From Dicyema japonicum (Eukaryota; Animalia; Dicyemida), in assembly GCA_011109175.1 (NCBI GenBank), contig RDEW01000071.1:9632-73631 (forward strand): a stretch of 64,000 bases of DNA. Reading direction: 5' to 3'. Below, piece after piece: positions 13,130-25,433 of this stretch (position 1 is its first letter; the number at the start of each line of letters is the position of its first letter). The notes beneath the pieces are model-generated. The model ran no database searches and had not been told where the DNA came from. It saw nothing but the letters and a program-made list of their open reading frames with translations. The position numbers and the translations under genes were made by a program.

Positions 13130-14465
13130 GACTTTTCCATTCACTCTGGGATCATTTAATTGCTAAGAACTCAAACAATTTTACAATTTAGAAACACCAA
13201 CTGGCACGCGATCTAACAAAATACGACATCTCTGTCTGCTGTCTACAAGAGACAAGAACGACGTTGCACAGAACACATTAAACTTTTTCACCCTCTCATC
13301 GGCCTGTTGACATTTGGTCTCGGATACAGTACATCAAGATCTGAGTGCGGGTATCATCTGACCATGTCGCAATAATACAAATCAAGTTCGGAAATAAAAT
13401 CAACTGAGCTATCTCCATTATAAATGTATATTACCTAACCGGAACGCGAGTCTCAACACATATCGAAGAGTTGGAAACATTTTACTCTACTCCCATGAGT
13501 GTATACAACTCGCCTTCGTCCTTTTACCTTCCTCTTGTCTCCGGGGACTGGAAGCCAGGGCTGAAAAAGTCAAACTTGGGAAACGTGCATTGGAGCCCAC
13601 GAAAGAAATCGTAGCAACCATCTCGGAGAGTCACTTATACAATTTTGCACGGCGTCAACTTTCTTTTATGGAATACTTGTTTCAAGCACTCAGCAAGACA
13701 CAAGACCACTTGGGTTGGTACCAGAAAAGACAAATCTGGCAGCACAATCCGAATATACAACCAAATTGAATATATTCTCTGCATGTAACATCAGATGGCC
13801 CTCATGGAAAATTCGAGGTCATATGGCAGACTTGAAACTAGCAGCGATCACAAACTCGAATAATGCTAAACAGAATTCATGGAATCGATTCTGCACATGG
13901 AGAGGCTACGTCATGAGAATCTACCAATCGTAGATATAGTACAACTCTGAGGAATAACATCACTCTATTAACGAAAATTAACCAGCAAATAAAATATGGA
14001 AGGAAATAGTCGTTGCTATACAAAAAACAGTCTCTAGTGTTCCCTTGATTTGAATATTTATGATATTTCATAGCTAATACCACTACAAAAACCTGGGAAA
14101 GCTAAAGGTCTCTTTGCAATTTAATTCTACTATCTTCCATACGCAAAACACTATCCCTCATTGCAATACACAAGATAGAAACAGTGAACAAATTCCTATT
14201 TTCCGGCCAAAATGGATTTCAGACAGGCAGGTCTACAGCCGATGTTATGTGGGGCATAAATGGTATTGTGTTATATGCCAAAAGTATAAAAATCTATTTA
14301 AATACTTGGCATTGATGTGTCACGTGCATTCGATCCGGTGCATCGTGGAAAACTTATGGACGTTCTGAAGACCTGGACTACTTAAGAGAACTAGCAGGCA
14401 ACAGAAGATCATAGTGAAACTTACGGAGAGGATGATTCGGAATACGGCACAAGGGAGACTTAATC
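13130..14465 (+). mobile_element. Degenerate RTE-like LINE (APE region to 3' end, deleted)
   Basis: APE-like pieces (CCLQE, NVYLPN), QNGFQTGRST, and a 3' terminus GAATACGGCACAAGGGAGACTTAA shared with 30305, 45700 and (reverse strand) 22975 and 63645. Confidence 0.65.
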
Positions 14466-15399
14466 AACTTAATTTTTTTACCGGAAATGTTTTTAATAAT
14501 AATTTCATTGTGGCGAACCCAAAGTCAAATAAAATATAAATATCAGTTACACCTTGCATATTTACTTTTTGTATTGCTCTTGATATATTATTATATGCTG
14601 TAATAAATACAATATTTTCAAATTAAACGGGCGAGCATATTCTTATAACAACTTATTTCTAAAATTTGACATTATAAGCTGCTAATAATTTAATAAAGCT
14701 GTTTTAGTGAAATTGAAATAATGTCAATATGCGGAATCAGAATTCGTTTAAATTGATGAACTGATGACGTCTATCACTTAATATTTGAACATTATTTCAA
14801 CTTCAAGACATGTATCCCCATATTTCATAATATTCAAATTTATTACCAACATGAGTCAAGTATATTGGTTTTCCATTATTTTCAACTTTATTGACTTTAT
14901 TTCCGAGATTATCTGATTTTTAGTTATTTATGGAATTCCTCATTATTATCGGTTTTCGATTGGAGAATATTGCCATGGTTTTTCTAGTATTGTGAACTCT
15001 TGAAATTAATGATTTTTTTATTTGACTCTGAGACCCTAGAAGCAGGCGAGTGGGGGACAAATATTGTTAGTCACTACGGACGTCATGGAGAACTGATATT
15101 GTGACGATCGACGAGTGTTGCTGGCGTAAGAGTTTTATGATGCGATAACTCACCCATTGAATTGTTTATTACAAAATTGTGTTTGGATCTTGCTTAGAGG
15201 GAGATGAATTAGTGAGATGTTTGGTCTTTTCTTGAAGACTAATATTATTGGGGGTGGGGAAACTTCACATTTATGCTATTTTAATTTTCCACTGTGGAAG
15301 AAGCGAATGAGAGATGATCCTTAGTTCAAATAGATCAAATTTCTATTTGGTCTATTTTTGCTGAAATACATTGATAACATGGCTATTTCTTGGCCCTGA

Positions 15400-16320
15400 T
15401 GCTTTCATGTTAATCTTCGAATGCCCTACTAATATGGTTATATTTGCATTTTAGTGCATTTATATTTGGCTTGCAGAATTTTATGTAGATATTGTTTGAA
15501 ACCTGGTTTATATCCTCAAGAAGACGAAATCACAATAACTGTTACTTTTGAGGATATTTAACGACTGAATTATTTAGCTTTCCAAATTGGTGTATGAGGT
15601 TACATAACAAATGGAAATAAAAACTGATTTCCTTTGATGACAAATTGAAAGAGACTCATCTGCTGATTTATCAAATTGTTAGGAGCTCAATGCAAGAATT
15701 CTTGTATATTGTCTTAGTTGGAGCAATTCAGAAAGTGTTCATTCTACATCGAAAATTATTATAAAGTTACTAAAGATAAATTCTTTCTTCTGATCGTCGT
15801 TAAATTCAACTACAGAGGCAAAATATGCTTCACATGCTGCATTCGAATCCGCCGATATATAATATTTATTAATGACGATATATCCTCTCCCATTATAAAT
15901 AATAGGTGGTGTTGCAATGTATCCTCTATAACTGGATTCATATTTATGGATTGTATGATCTGAATTATAATGTCCAGTAAAATTCAAATACTGCTAAAAT
16001 TCCTGATTTATAAAAACCATGCTTGTATTATTGTCTAGAGAAAATCTTCCTTTATCAAATGTTCCTTGAATCCAAAAATCTTGACGTATACAATCTACTA
16101 TAATACGAGAATCACTCACCAATCAAAGCTGAAAGTTCATCAAAATTATTTATAACTTCATATTAACCGTTGGGACATTTTCTATTCAAAAATTTATTCA
16201 TCTTACAATAAATATTATATCCATGAGTTCCAAAATTTAAAATTCAGAAACATACTTAAAATTCATATAGCAAATATACTTGTTATATTGGATAGTGGCA
16301 AAATGATAAAAATATTAATC
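15400..16320 (-). pseudogene. C-type-lectin-like secreted protein pseudogene (paralog of 34555-35533)
   Basis: Same exon/micro-intron layout as the 34.5-35.5 kb gene (QDFWIQG; YNGRGYIVINKY..C..VVEFNDDQKKEFI). The start codon aligns to ATT, there are in-frame stops, and a linker is deleted. Confidence 0.6.
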
Positions 16321-16849
16321 TCATGTATCAAGATTTTTTTCAGAAATAAAAAATTTTTGCTGTGGAGAAATCGTCGAATCTTACAAATTATAACTGTCAT
16401 GGATTGGTTATTTAAAAAGTTAATTTTAATTATAATACGATTTTTGAATTAAATTTTTATTTAAAGGTTTTTTTCTGTCTTGAATATTATTGTTTATATT
16501 CCTTTAATCAACCTTAAAAAACACACCTTATTAAGAAGGAATGAACTCGTTAGCGAAGTGTTATTAGTATAGGACAAAATCCGGATGGTTCCGGGTTTAC
16601 TTCTCGTGTTGTCTATTCTGGATGAAATTTCTAGGCATCTACAATATTTCTCGGTTTTTCTATTGACGTCGTTATCATTGATTGTCCCTCCGGATTATTT
16701 TCAAGGTCTTACACGTGACCAAAAGGATTAGAACCTTAGCTAAGAAAGTAATCAATCACTTAAATGAATCTCACTTTGATTTATTATTGATTTAAATTGT
16801 CCTGTGAACGTGTGTTTAATAATAATGGCTTTCGGACACACTTAACGCA

Positions 16850-17630
16850 ATGGGGAATACTCTTCATGATTCCAGATGTTCTGAAGTGCCTTAGAGTCAT
16901 TTTGGGCTCTCGCTTTCGCAATCCTGCAAGTCTGACAATTTTCTGATAAACTTTAATTTGCATTGAGCCATGAATGCTCTACTGACGTCCTATTATAACA
17001 TGTACGACGATGTATATTGGTTGACTTTTAAACTTATTTAGCTTTTATCCAATGGATTTCATCTCAACAATTATTTATTGTGTCTCTAGTTACTCTATTC
17101 CAGGTTTGTCAAACAAATACAATAACTTGTCGCATATATATCTTTCAAAGTCTCAATAATAATTTTCATAAATATCTTTCGATCCAAATGGCTTCATAGA
17201 GGACATTTGAATATGAAGATTTATAAGAATTGATAATCCCAATCAAGGGGTTTAAGATCGTCTGTTGTAATTTTTGGAAGTTCGAGGAAAGAAAATTTTT
17301 AATAATAATGACAAATGTGAATGAGTTTATCAAAAAAATTAAAATTTGTCGATTCTGTAAGAACAAACATGGATAAGATCAACTCTGCTAAATACAGTTT
17401 GACCAAAGTAATCTCCCGAATAACAGGACTACCAATAAAGGCAACACCAATTGAGGTCCTTGTGACTAAGTTGGGCTGCATATTCATCAAAAATAGAAAA
17501 ACGCCAGAAGAATTGTGCTATCGAAAATGTGTCGTTTCCAGAGAGCAACATCGAGAAAAGATAAGAATATTGCTGTGTGAAGCAGGGATCATCTGTGGCT
17601 TTACCTGGTGATTTTGGCTTATTAATTATA
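16850..17630 (+). mobile_element. Degenerate LINE 3' portion
   Basis: KVISRITGLPIKATPIEVL and EQHREKIRILLCEAGII, matching the C-terminus of other LINE ends (46400-46560, 50945-51025, 52000-52150). Confidence 0.5.
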
Positions 17631-18160
17631 AACACCGGACAAGTAGAGGTTAATATTGATGGAGGCTGGATCACCTGATGGTGTCCCCGCATAATTATTT
17701 AATATCATAGTGATTCTTGGATAAATAATAAAATATAATAATAATAACGGAACAAAAAAGCAATTCAAAATTTTATATTTCATTTTATGAGCTATACCAT
17801 TCATCCGACTTTTTAATAGCTATGTGAAGATTTTTACTAGTTAGGATCTCAATGAGATGAACCAAAGTTGATGTAGAGGAAACTATCGCGGTATATTAGA
17901 AAAAACTTACCAGTGATGACTTTAGGTGCATTCGCAATCGAGAGAACAATCTGATTAAATATAATCGCGTAATGTCTTACCACCGATTACGTAAAATTAA
18001 TACGAGTGATGATACACAGAGGGTGCCCCAAATAAGGAGATTAAAATAATTTATATATTTTTTCATACTTTTCTTAATTTTTTAAATTAAATAGCATGTT
18101 AAAAATAAAAAATACATTTTATTTATTAGTTAAAAAAGTAATCTGAACTTTAAATTTTTA

Positions 18161-20280
18161 GCGTGGCGTCATGTGGTTCACGGATACAACAATTCTGGAG
18201 GCGCTCTTAATGTTTTTAACGCATCTCGAAAAAGAACCATTGGCTCTCTTCCACCGGGAGTACATGTCGCCCCTGATCGACGGATACAGGTCTGGCATCA
18301 CCTTCTCGGATTCGTGATCCACACTGTTAAAGGACCGGATCTCTGTTATACAACTATATGTGAACGGAATTAAAGGCAAAATTATTGAACTTAGAACTCT
18401 GATTGTTAAACTCAAAGTTGACATCATACTCATCCAAGAATCGAAGCTATCAGCAAAAGATACTACTCCCTTTTTTCCCGGAGGCAACACAATACGTGCA
18501 CCAAGGGTGGACTACTTGCATTAATAAAAAAGGCCTAAAGTATGAGGACCATACACTCGAAGTGAAGAAACTCTTGGGAAATGATGAAACCACGGGGATA
18601 ATCGGAATATCTGTTGGCACAACAAAAGGAAGACTATATTTTGTAAACATGTATATTCCTCCTCCGGGTTCATGTCCGAAACATTACACTATGCCGGACT
18701 TATCAGCACTGGAAAGTTGGAACGAAGTTGTGATATGCGGCGATTTGAATGCCAAGCACCCTCTCTGTCTGTTAAATCAGTCTGCAGACACAAGAGAAAA
18801 TTTGCTGTTGTCGCAGTATGACCCATCAAAAACACAAGATTATTTCAAAGAAATTCCGACAATCCAACCTCCCCAGATATCACAATATGTTCACCACAGC
18901 TTTCAACGACAATTAGGGGGTCAGTCATCTACGACACCCGAAGTGATCATAACCCTATTCTGCTAAAAATCGAAAGAAAAATTACCAGTGGAAAGAAGAA
19001 ACCTGCATATATGTACAATCTTGTAAAATGAAAATTATTCCGATCGGTTACGGATCAACCAAAGTCATTCTGTAAACGAGATTTATGGCTGTCCCTAAAA
19101 GATATGTCGTTTTACACGAGTGAGTACGGAAAAAAGGCTCTCGTCAAGGAAAGGACCCGTCTCAAAAAAGCAGGGACTCGTTCCTCCGAAGCAAGGATCC
19201 CTCTAAAAGTGCTGAACGAAGAAATAAAACCCAAAGAATTCAAATACAGAGAACAAAATGGAAAATGGTCCTAAATCGTTATCTGACAACATCAGTAGTC
19301 CGGAAGACTAGGTGGATGAGAGGACACCCGGAAATTACAAATTCAGCCAAAAGGACCTAAACGCCTTAATATCATACTATGCGAAAATCTCATCCAAACC
19401 TCCGAAAGAAACCCGAAAAGGGATCAATTAACTCATTTCATTGAAAAGGAGGTAATAGCATCCCTAAGTTAACAAAAGTAATACATCAAAATCTACAACT
19501 GGTCGGATCAACTATAACTAAATCCCAACGATGTGGAAATTTGAAACATCCGCCCAGTATTGAAGCCCGGAAAACCGAAAGAAGACTCAGCTTACTTCAG
19601 GCCTATTTCTTTCTTGTGCCTGATGTCAAAAATTCTGGAAAGACTCATCCTCGCAAAAATAACTGAAAGATCTCCGATAAACCGTTCCAGCATGATTTTA
19701 AAAAAGATCGGCCAAAACAAGCTCCTCAGCTTCTTGACTAACTTTATTCGCTTTGTATTTCTGTATAAGCCAATACACCAGAAAACTGTGCTATGCTCAC
19801 TGGACATCCGCAAAGCTTATGACTCTGCCGAGAAATAATCTAACATGGAAAATCTACCAATAAGATATTCCTGAAAACTTCGAACGCTGGCTGACTAACT
19901 TCCTAGCAGAAAGAGAGGAAGAGTGTGCATTGGAAGCATTTGTTCTGTTTCTCGTTTATTCCCAAATGGACAACTCCAGAGTTCGCCGCTATCACCATTC
20001 TTATTTAACTTATTTACGGGTGACATTCAGACGCCGAATGAATAAGACGACCTGCTTCTTGCTTGTGCAGACGATATCGTCTTGTCCTCACGATATCAGA
20101 ACATCCAAACAGCGACAGGAAAAATACAACAACACCTCGATCGACGAGTGGTTTAATAAAAATCGGATGTCACTCAACACCGAAAAATCTGTTACAACTC
20201 ACTATACCTCGGACAGTTAGTTTGTGTAACGTGATTAGTTAGTTTGTGTAACCATGGTCTCTGATGTTATTATTATAGCT
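18161..20280 (+). mobile_element. Vingi/Ingi- or Jockey-like APE-RT LINE, end-to-end but internally deleted and frameshifted
   Basis: LQLYVNGI, DIILIQESKL, VICGDLNAKHP (APE); KPGKPKEDSAYFRPISFLCLMSKILERL, DIRKAYD, CADD (RT); 3' end GGTCTCTGATG(TTA)n. Confidence 0.85.
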
Positions 20281-20934
20281 TTTTAATGGGAAATCTTTTG
20301 GAATTAAATTTTTTGATAATTGATTATTAAGCGAATTACTATTATAAGGACTTATCGCCTATTATAGGGAGTATTATCCTTGGTCATCCACGGAAGCATT
20401 TCCCTTGGAAAGGAAGTGATCTCCCATCTCCACATTTGTTGGGACAGCAAAATCCATAAGCAGAATGTGTCAAAACAGTCTTCACCAATCGTCAGTTATG
20501 TGTTTTATTAAATCAAATATCAGCAAAATATATTTTAAGTATCTGAAAGTTTATTATTAGTCGAATGGTTTATTAATTTCATGAATTTAATATATTACGA
20601 ATAATTGCAAAAAATTAAGCTTTCGCCACGAATTAGTTCTAAGTGAACGATGAAACTGCGAAGTGTAAGCCCTCTGCAGAAGCTAACTGGGTGAGAGCAA
20701 AGCGAAATACAAATATACAGACTTTTTTTTATATAAAATTCGATTCATCAATTTGTTTCGATGTAATTCTGTATTTTGAATTGCCTCGTTCAACTGGGAC
20801 GTTGTTGAATTACTTTTCCATTAGAGAATAGTAATATTTTATATTCAAATAATCTCTTATATTGCAGAAATCAGTCTCGAATTAAATGAATATCACCATA
20901 CTATCTGTGATGCAAAGATAGCTAGTATTATTAA

Positions 20935-21205
20935 CCCCAAATACACATAGAAATAAGTTAAAAAATTACAACTAATTAAGTGTATCCAATTCTTACTGTC
21001 ACAGAAACTGTCTTTCTAATGTCACACGAATCCATCCAGAACCTGCAGAAAAGATAGAAGACTTTGTTGTTATAAACTTATTCAGTGAAGTAGGGAAAAG
21101 CAAATGATTCTTTTGCGAGCCACCTGAGACAGGTGGATCACATACGCAACTCTATTAGAAAAGGGAATAGGTGGAAAAGAAAAAAACAACAGAAATCTTA
21201 AATCA
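20935..21205 (-). repeat. SINE-like structured repeat family A, copy 2 (short variant)
   Basis: Alignment by eye to the other four copies; tail GGGGTTAATAATA on the minus strand. Confidence 0.8.
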
Positions 21206-21566
21206 AGTTCCACATGGTAACACACTAACGTTGGGACTTAAAGATATTTATAAAGCTATTGATTAAATAACCAAATAAAAGGGAATACACGGCCGTCAGG
21301 TGATCCTGGCCTCCATAAACAGCCATTCATCTTTGCTCGCGTTCGTCTTGTTCTGGAAATTCTTTGATGAGTAATGCCTGTCAACTTTATAATGTCCAGT
21401 GACTTTCAATGATAATTTACAAAACTTTCTAATATAATATTTCTAGGTTTTAATTAGGTGGGGACAATGGAGACAACCCAGGTGGTTAAAATCATTGAAG
21501 AAATTCTTAGTAATGGTGAAGTGGAAGTATTGTGACAGTCAGTTACTTCTATACCATTTCAGGTTT

Positions 21567-21725
21567 AAAGTGGAACTTACCAAAAGCAAAGTGGAACTTA
21601 CCAAAAGCAAAGTGGAACTTACCAAAAGCAAATGGGAACTTATCAAAAGCAAAGTGGTACTTATCATAAGCAAAGTGGAACTTACCAAAAGCAAAGTGGT
21701 ACTTACCATAAGCAAAGTGGTACTT
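21567..21725. repeat. 21-bp minisatellite, 7 full units plus a partial unit (AAAGTGGAACTTACCAAAAGC)
   Basis: Units start at 21567, 21588, 21609, 21630, 21651, 21672, 21693 and 21714; no spacers. Confidence 0.95.
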
Positions 21726-21779
21726 GTAGAATATAGACGCGTAATATTTTATCAGTGTGTCTGGTTTTATTTAGAGTTC

Positions 21780-22290
21780 GACTTTTCTCTCTGGGGTGGA
21801 TCTTTTGGTGTTTTAGATCCACATCCATACTCTCTGCATTGGGGGGTTTTTGTAGAGAGCCTTCGATAGTCTCGTCCATCTATTTGCATTTTCTGTCTTT
21901 ATGTTGTTGTCGATCTCTGTGTTCAGCTCTCGTATTTTCCTGATGTTCTTTTCTGTTGGCGATTTTACCATCTTTAGATTATTTCGTTCTCTGATCAGAT
22001 GTTTCGTCGTTGTGTTGAAACGTTTTGATGACGTAGGTTGTCTCCCCATAGAAATGTACTTCTTTTTCGCAGCGTTTATAATGGAGTTGAACCATTTCAC
22101 TAATTGTTCGACTGAGGGAAAAGTGAGGAAATTTAATAGTCCAATACAATTATCGACGTATTCCTTGAATCCTCTCCAATTCGCAAGGCTGTAGTTTGTT
22201 ATCGTTGGGCATTGTCCTTTTATCCGTGACCTCGTTTGACCTCCAAAAATATTGGATTGTGGTCACTCCTGGTGTCATACTTCACTGACC
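21780..22290 (-). mobile_element. APE-RT LINE fragment (EN-RT linker) between the inverted arms
   Basis: GSDHNPI-like and ANWRGFKEYVD motifs, plus ORF 21813-22100. Confidence 0.6.
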
Positions 22291-22964
22291 AGACAATAAG
22301 AAGGGCCACTGATAAAATATTACGCGTCTATATCCTACAAGTACCACTTTGCTTTTGGTAAGTACCACCCACTTTAAACCTGAAATGGTATAGATGCAGT
22401 TTGGGGGAAATGTGGACTGCCGATGGAAGTAACTATCAAATTATGTACTCTGAGTTGTTTAATAGAATAATTTGTCTTTAAAAAAAGTTAATCAATATAA
22501 TTAATTCCAAAAAGATTTTAGTTATCTCTAATCAATCCCAGGGTCGTAGAAATCTCGAGTATTTTACTTAACAGGATTGTTGAAGGAGGTTTATCCGACT
22601 TTCTTATAATTGTTTAGTGGATTTCGACTTAGCAGAACTGGTCAGTATGTCAATATAAAGCACGTGTTTTAAAGAACCAATTGGAAGTGTTTAACAGTCA
22701 AATTGGGCTTTTTAACACACTTTTTAGTAATGAATCTTAAATAAACCCACAAAATACCCAGTATAGCTGTTACCATACATGAACCGTCCTCTAAGATGAA
22801 GTGTAGTTGAGCCAGATATTCTAAAATCAGAAGACCAACGAACATCCACTAAACCTTCCTAGCATTCGCTCTCAGGCTCTGAAATCTCAGCTTTTTTGGA
22901 TGTGAAGCTCATCTTATAGAATATTATTATTAAAAAGCACTCCCGAGAAAACATAGAATTAGTT

Positions 22965-23200
22965 AAGTTTCCATTGTGCCGTTTCGAATCATCATCCTCT
23001 CCGTAAGCCTCAATGTCTTTCTTGACCTTCCGTGGAATCCGGCTCCTATGTGTGTGAAGTAATTTTCCATTGCGACATTTGCGAGGATCTAGTCATTTAG
23101 ACGTGACACGTGGTCAAAGAGGCTCCATCTTGATTTGAAAATATCATCTGACAGCATGCCGGGTTAAGCATATTTATCTAAAATTCCCGCTAAAAACTAC
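22965..23200 (-). mobile_element. RTE-like LINE 3' fragment
   Basis: SRWSLFDHVSRL and terminal AAACGGCACAATGG. Confidence 0.55.
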
Positions 23201-23439
23201 TTTTATAGAATATCTCAAGTTTGACGCAAATTTTTATGGGAAGATTCTATCTAAAAGTAAGATTAATAGTCACATGTGCCACAAGCACTCGACTGGGATA
23301 TCATCATTGGCAACCTATTGAGACAACTCCTCAAGTCTTGTGCTCACATGAGAACAGTCCTATTGAATAGTTAAACATGTCATACCACTGATACTATCTT
23401 GTTTAAAATTTCTTAAATAATAATTTCGATTTTTGAAAA

Positions 23440-25433
23440 TGCACGCATCTGGTTCGCTGTTTCTGGTGGCGCAAGTTATGGAGTCTACTTCACAATCAAA
23501 AAGGATCCACTACCCTTTCCAATCCAAGAAGATTATCCTTCCTGGACGGCCCCCTATTGGTCTGTTTCACCCAACTTGGTCGAAGCCCTGCTGATGCTAC
23601 CCTAATCCCGGTCCACCAAAAGCCCTCGTCCTCTTACAACTAAACATTAACGGAATAAAGAGAAGTCTTGGAGCTCAGAGACCTTCTGAAAAAACAGGAC
23701 ACAGACATTTGCCTACTTCAATAAACAAGAATATCTTCCTCCACTCCCTCCCCTTTTCCCAGGCTACAACATTATTCGACGTGACCGCCCTCAGGCCGTG
23801 GAGGTGGAGTCATCACTCTTACCACGAAAGAAATCCCTTTCCTAAGAGAGCACATCTCTACTTCCCCCATCCCGTTGAATACAGCGGAATTTCAATTTCA
23901 ACCAACTTTGGATGCCTAACAATGCTAACGCTGAAACAACTTGTAGTATTAAACAATCCCAGATTCAACATAAGAACCCCTAAAGAGCAAACGACAGAAC
24001 TTCCTCCCCGACCTGACACTTGCTTTCTCAAAAATTGCCGCCCTAATCAATTGGTCAGTATCATACGACACTACCAGTGACCATAACTTGCATGGTTTTG
24101 ACCCTAACAGCTTCAACTCTCTCGATAACGCTTTACTCTACTTTAAGGTGTGCTGCGTGAGGACATGAGGACTTTTATCAAAAGAAAGCCAGTCCACTTC
24201 ACGAAAAAGCTTTTCCACGCAACGACTCACTTACGAAGGAAAGAAATTGCCTGAAAAGCCTACAGAAACAGTCTTGGGAAATCAGGACGAGATCCGAGCC
24301 TTACAGAGAGATCAGATGCAAGGCTAAGATGGAACAGAAAAGAGACTGGAATAACCTTATGTACTCCTTAAACAGACAGTCCTCCCTTACGAAGATGAGG
24401 AATACTCTTCACCGACTCTTTAAGACCCCCTCCATGCGAAGACTAGAGAACAAGAACTTTTTAAATAAGATCATAAAATTTTACTGCTACTTGAGCTTCA
24501 TCCCACACCAGAAAACTGGGGGTCCACCCACATCCTCAGCAAAACCAAAACGCGAGACAACCAAAAACAGCCTTCCAATCTATTCAAAACCAGAAATCGT
24601 CTTACGCAAGTGGTCCAAATGGAATTCCCTCCATTGTACTTAAGATAGGCCCCTACACCATCTTGACCTTGACCAGAATTTACAACTTCTCCATCAGTAG
24701 AAACTTGATTTTTACTCCATGGAAACTATCCCATATTCGGTCCATCTTAAAACCTAGACGCCGAAGAACTCACCAACTTCGTACAAACCAATATCCCTCC
24801 TATGTGCCACCTCCAAAATCCTGGATAAACTCATTCTCGATCAGATTAAACCTTAGCTCCTAGACGTATCCTTCCTTCGAACATTGATTTAAGAAGGCTC
24901 GTTCCATAACTACCCACCTTACCTGCCTGGCAAAATTCAACAAGGAAGGCCTTCAACGCAAACCTCGTTATCAAAAGACCATTATGCTCCATTGATATAC
25001 AGAAGGTTTTTAGTCAATACCGAGGAAACTGCTCACTAGGAAGATCTGTGGCTCTAACATTACGAACAACCTGAAAATTTGGCTCGCTAACTTCCTTAAC
25101 AGACAAAGAGGAAAAGTAATCTCCCATTTCAAATCTTCAATCACAAAATTTCTACTGAACAGGGTCCCGCAAGGATCCTCCTCTCTCCCATTCTATTCAA
25201 CTTATTCATTCGTGACATGCTTTCATGCAGCTGCGACGATACCCTATTCTTTGATTACGGCGACGACTTAATCCTGGGAACAAGAGACCAATTATTCCAC
25301 ACAGCGGGTACCCGCTTTTAAGATTCACTGGATAACCTGAACTGTTGGCTTACAAGGAACCAACTACACACAAATCCTGAAAAGTCATGCTCTATGATCT
25401 TTACTTCGAACAGAAGATTGACTAATTCGGCGC
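23440..25433 (+). mobile_element. Vingi/Ingi- or Jockey-like APE-RT LINE, truncated at the duplication junction
   Basis: LQLNINGI, DICLLQ, RDRPQ.GGGVITL, IGPYTILT, WKLSHIRSILKP, PQGSSLSPILFNLFIRD; homologous to 4940-5570. Confidence 0.85.

Larger units (their letters stand above)
21548..22394. repeat. Long inverted repeat (arms ~21548-21757 and ~22307-22394), foldback/MITE-like
   Basis: TCTATACCATTTCAGGTTTAAAGTGG...GTACTTGTAG.ATATAGACGCGTAATATTTTATCAGTG recurs as its reverse complement; the right arm has ~1.5 of the 21-bp units. Confidence 0.85.

Noticed and set aside
21567-21725. CRISPR array, or a real KVELTKS-repeat protein (ORF 21495-21869)
   Set aside because: Units are contiguous with no spacers and no cas genes; 21 is a multiple of 3, which explains the open frame.
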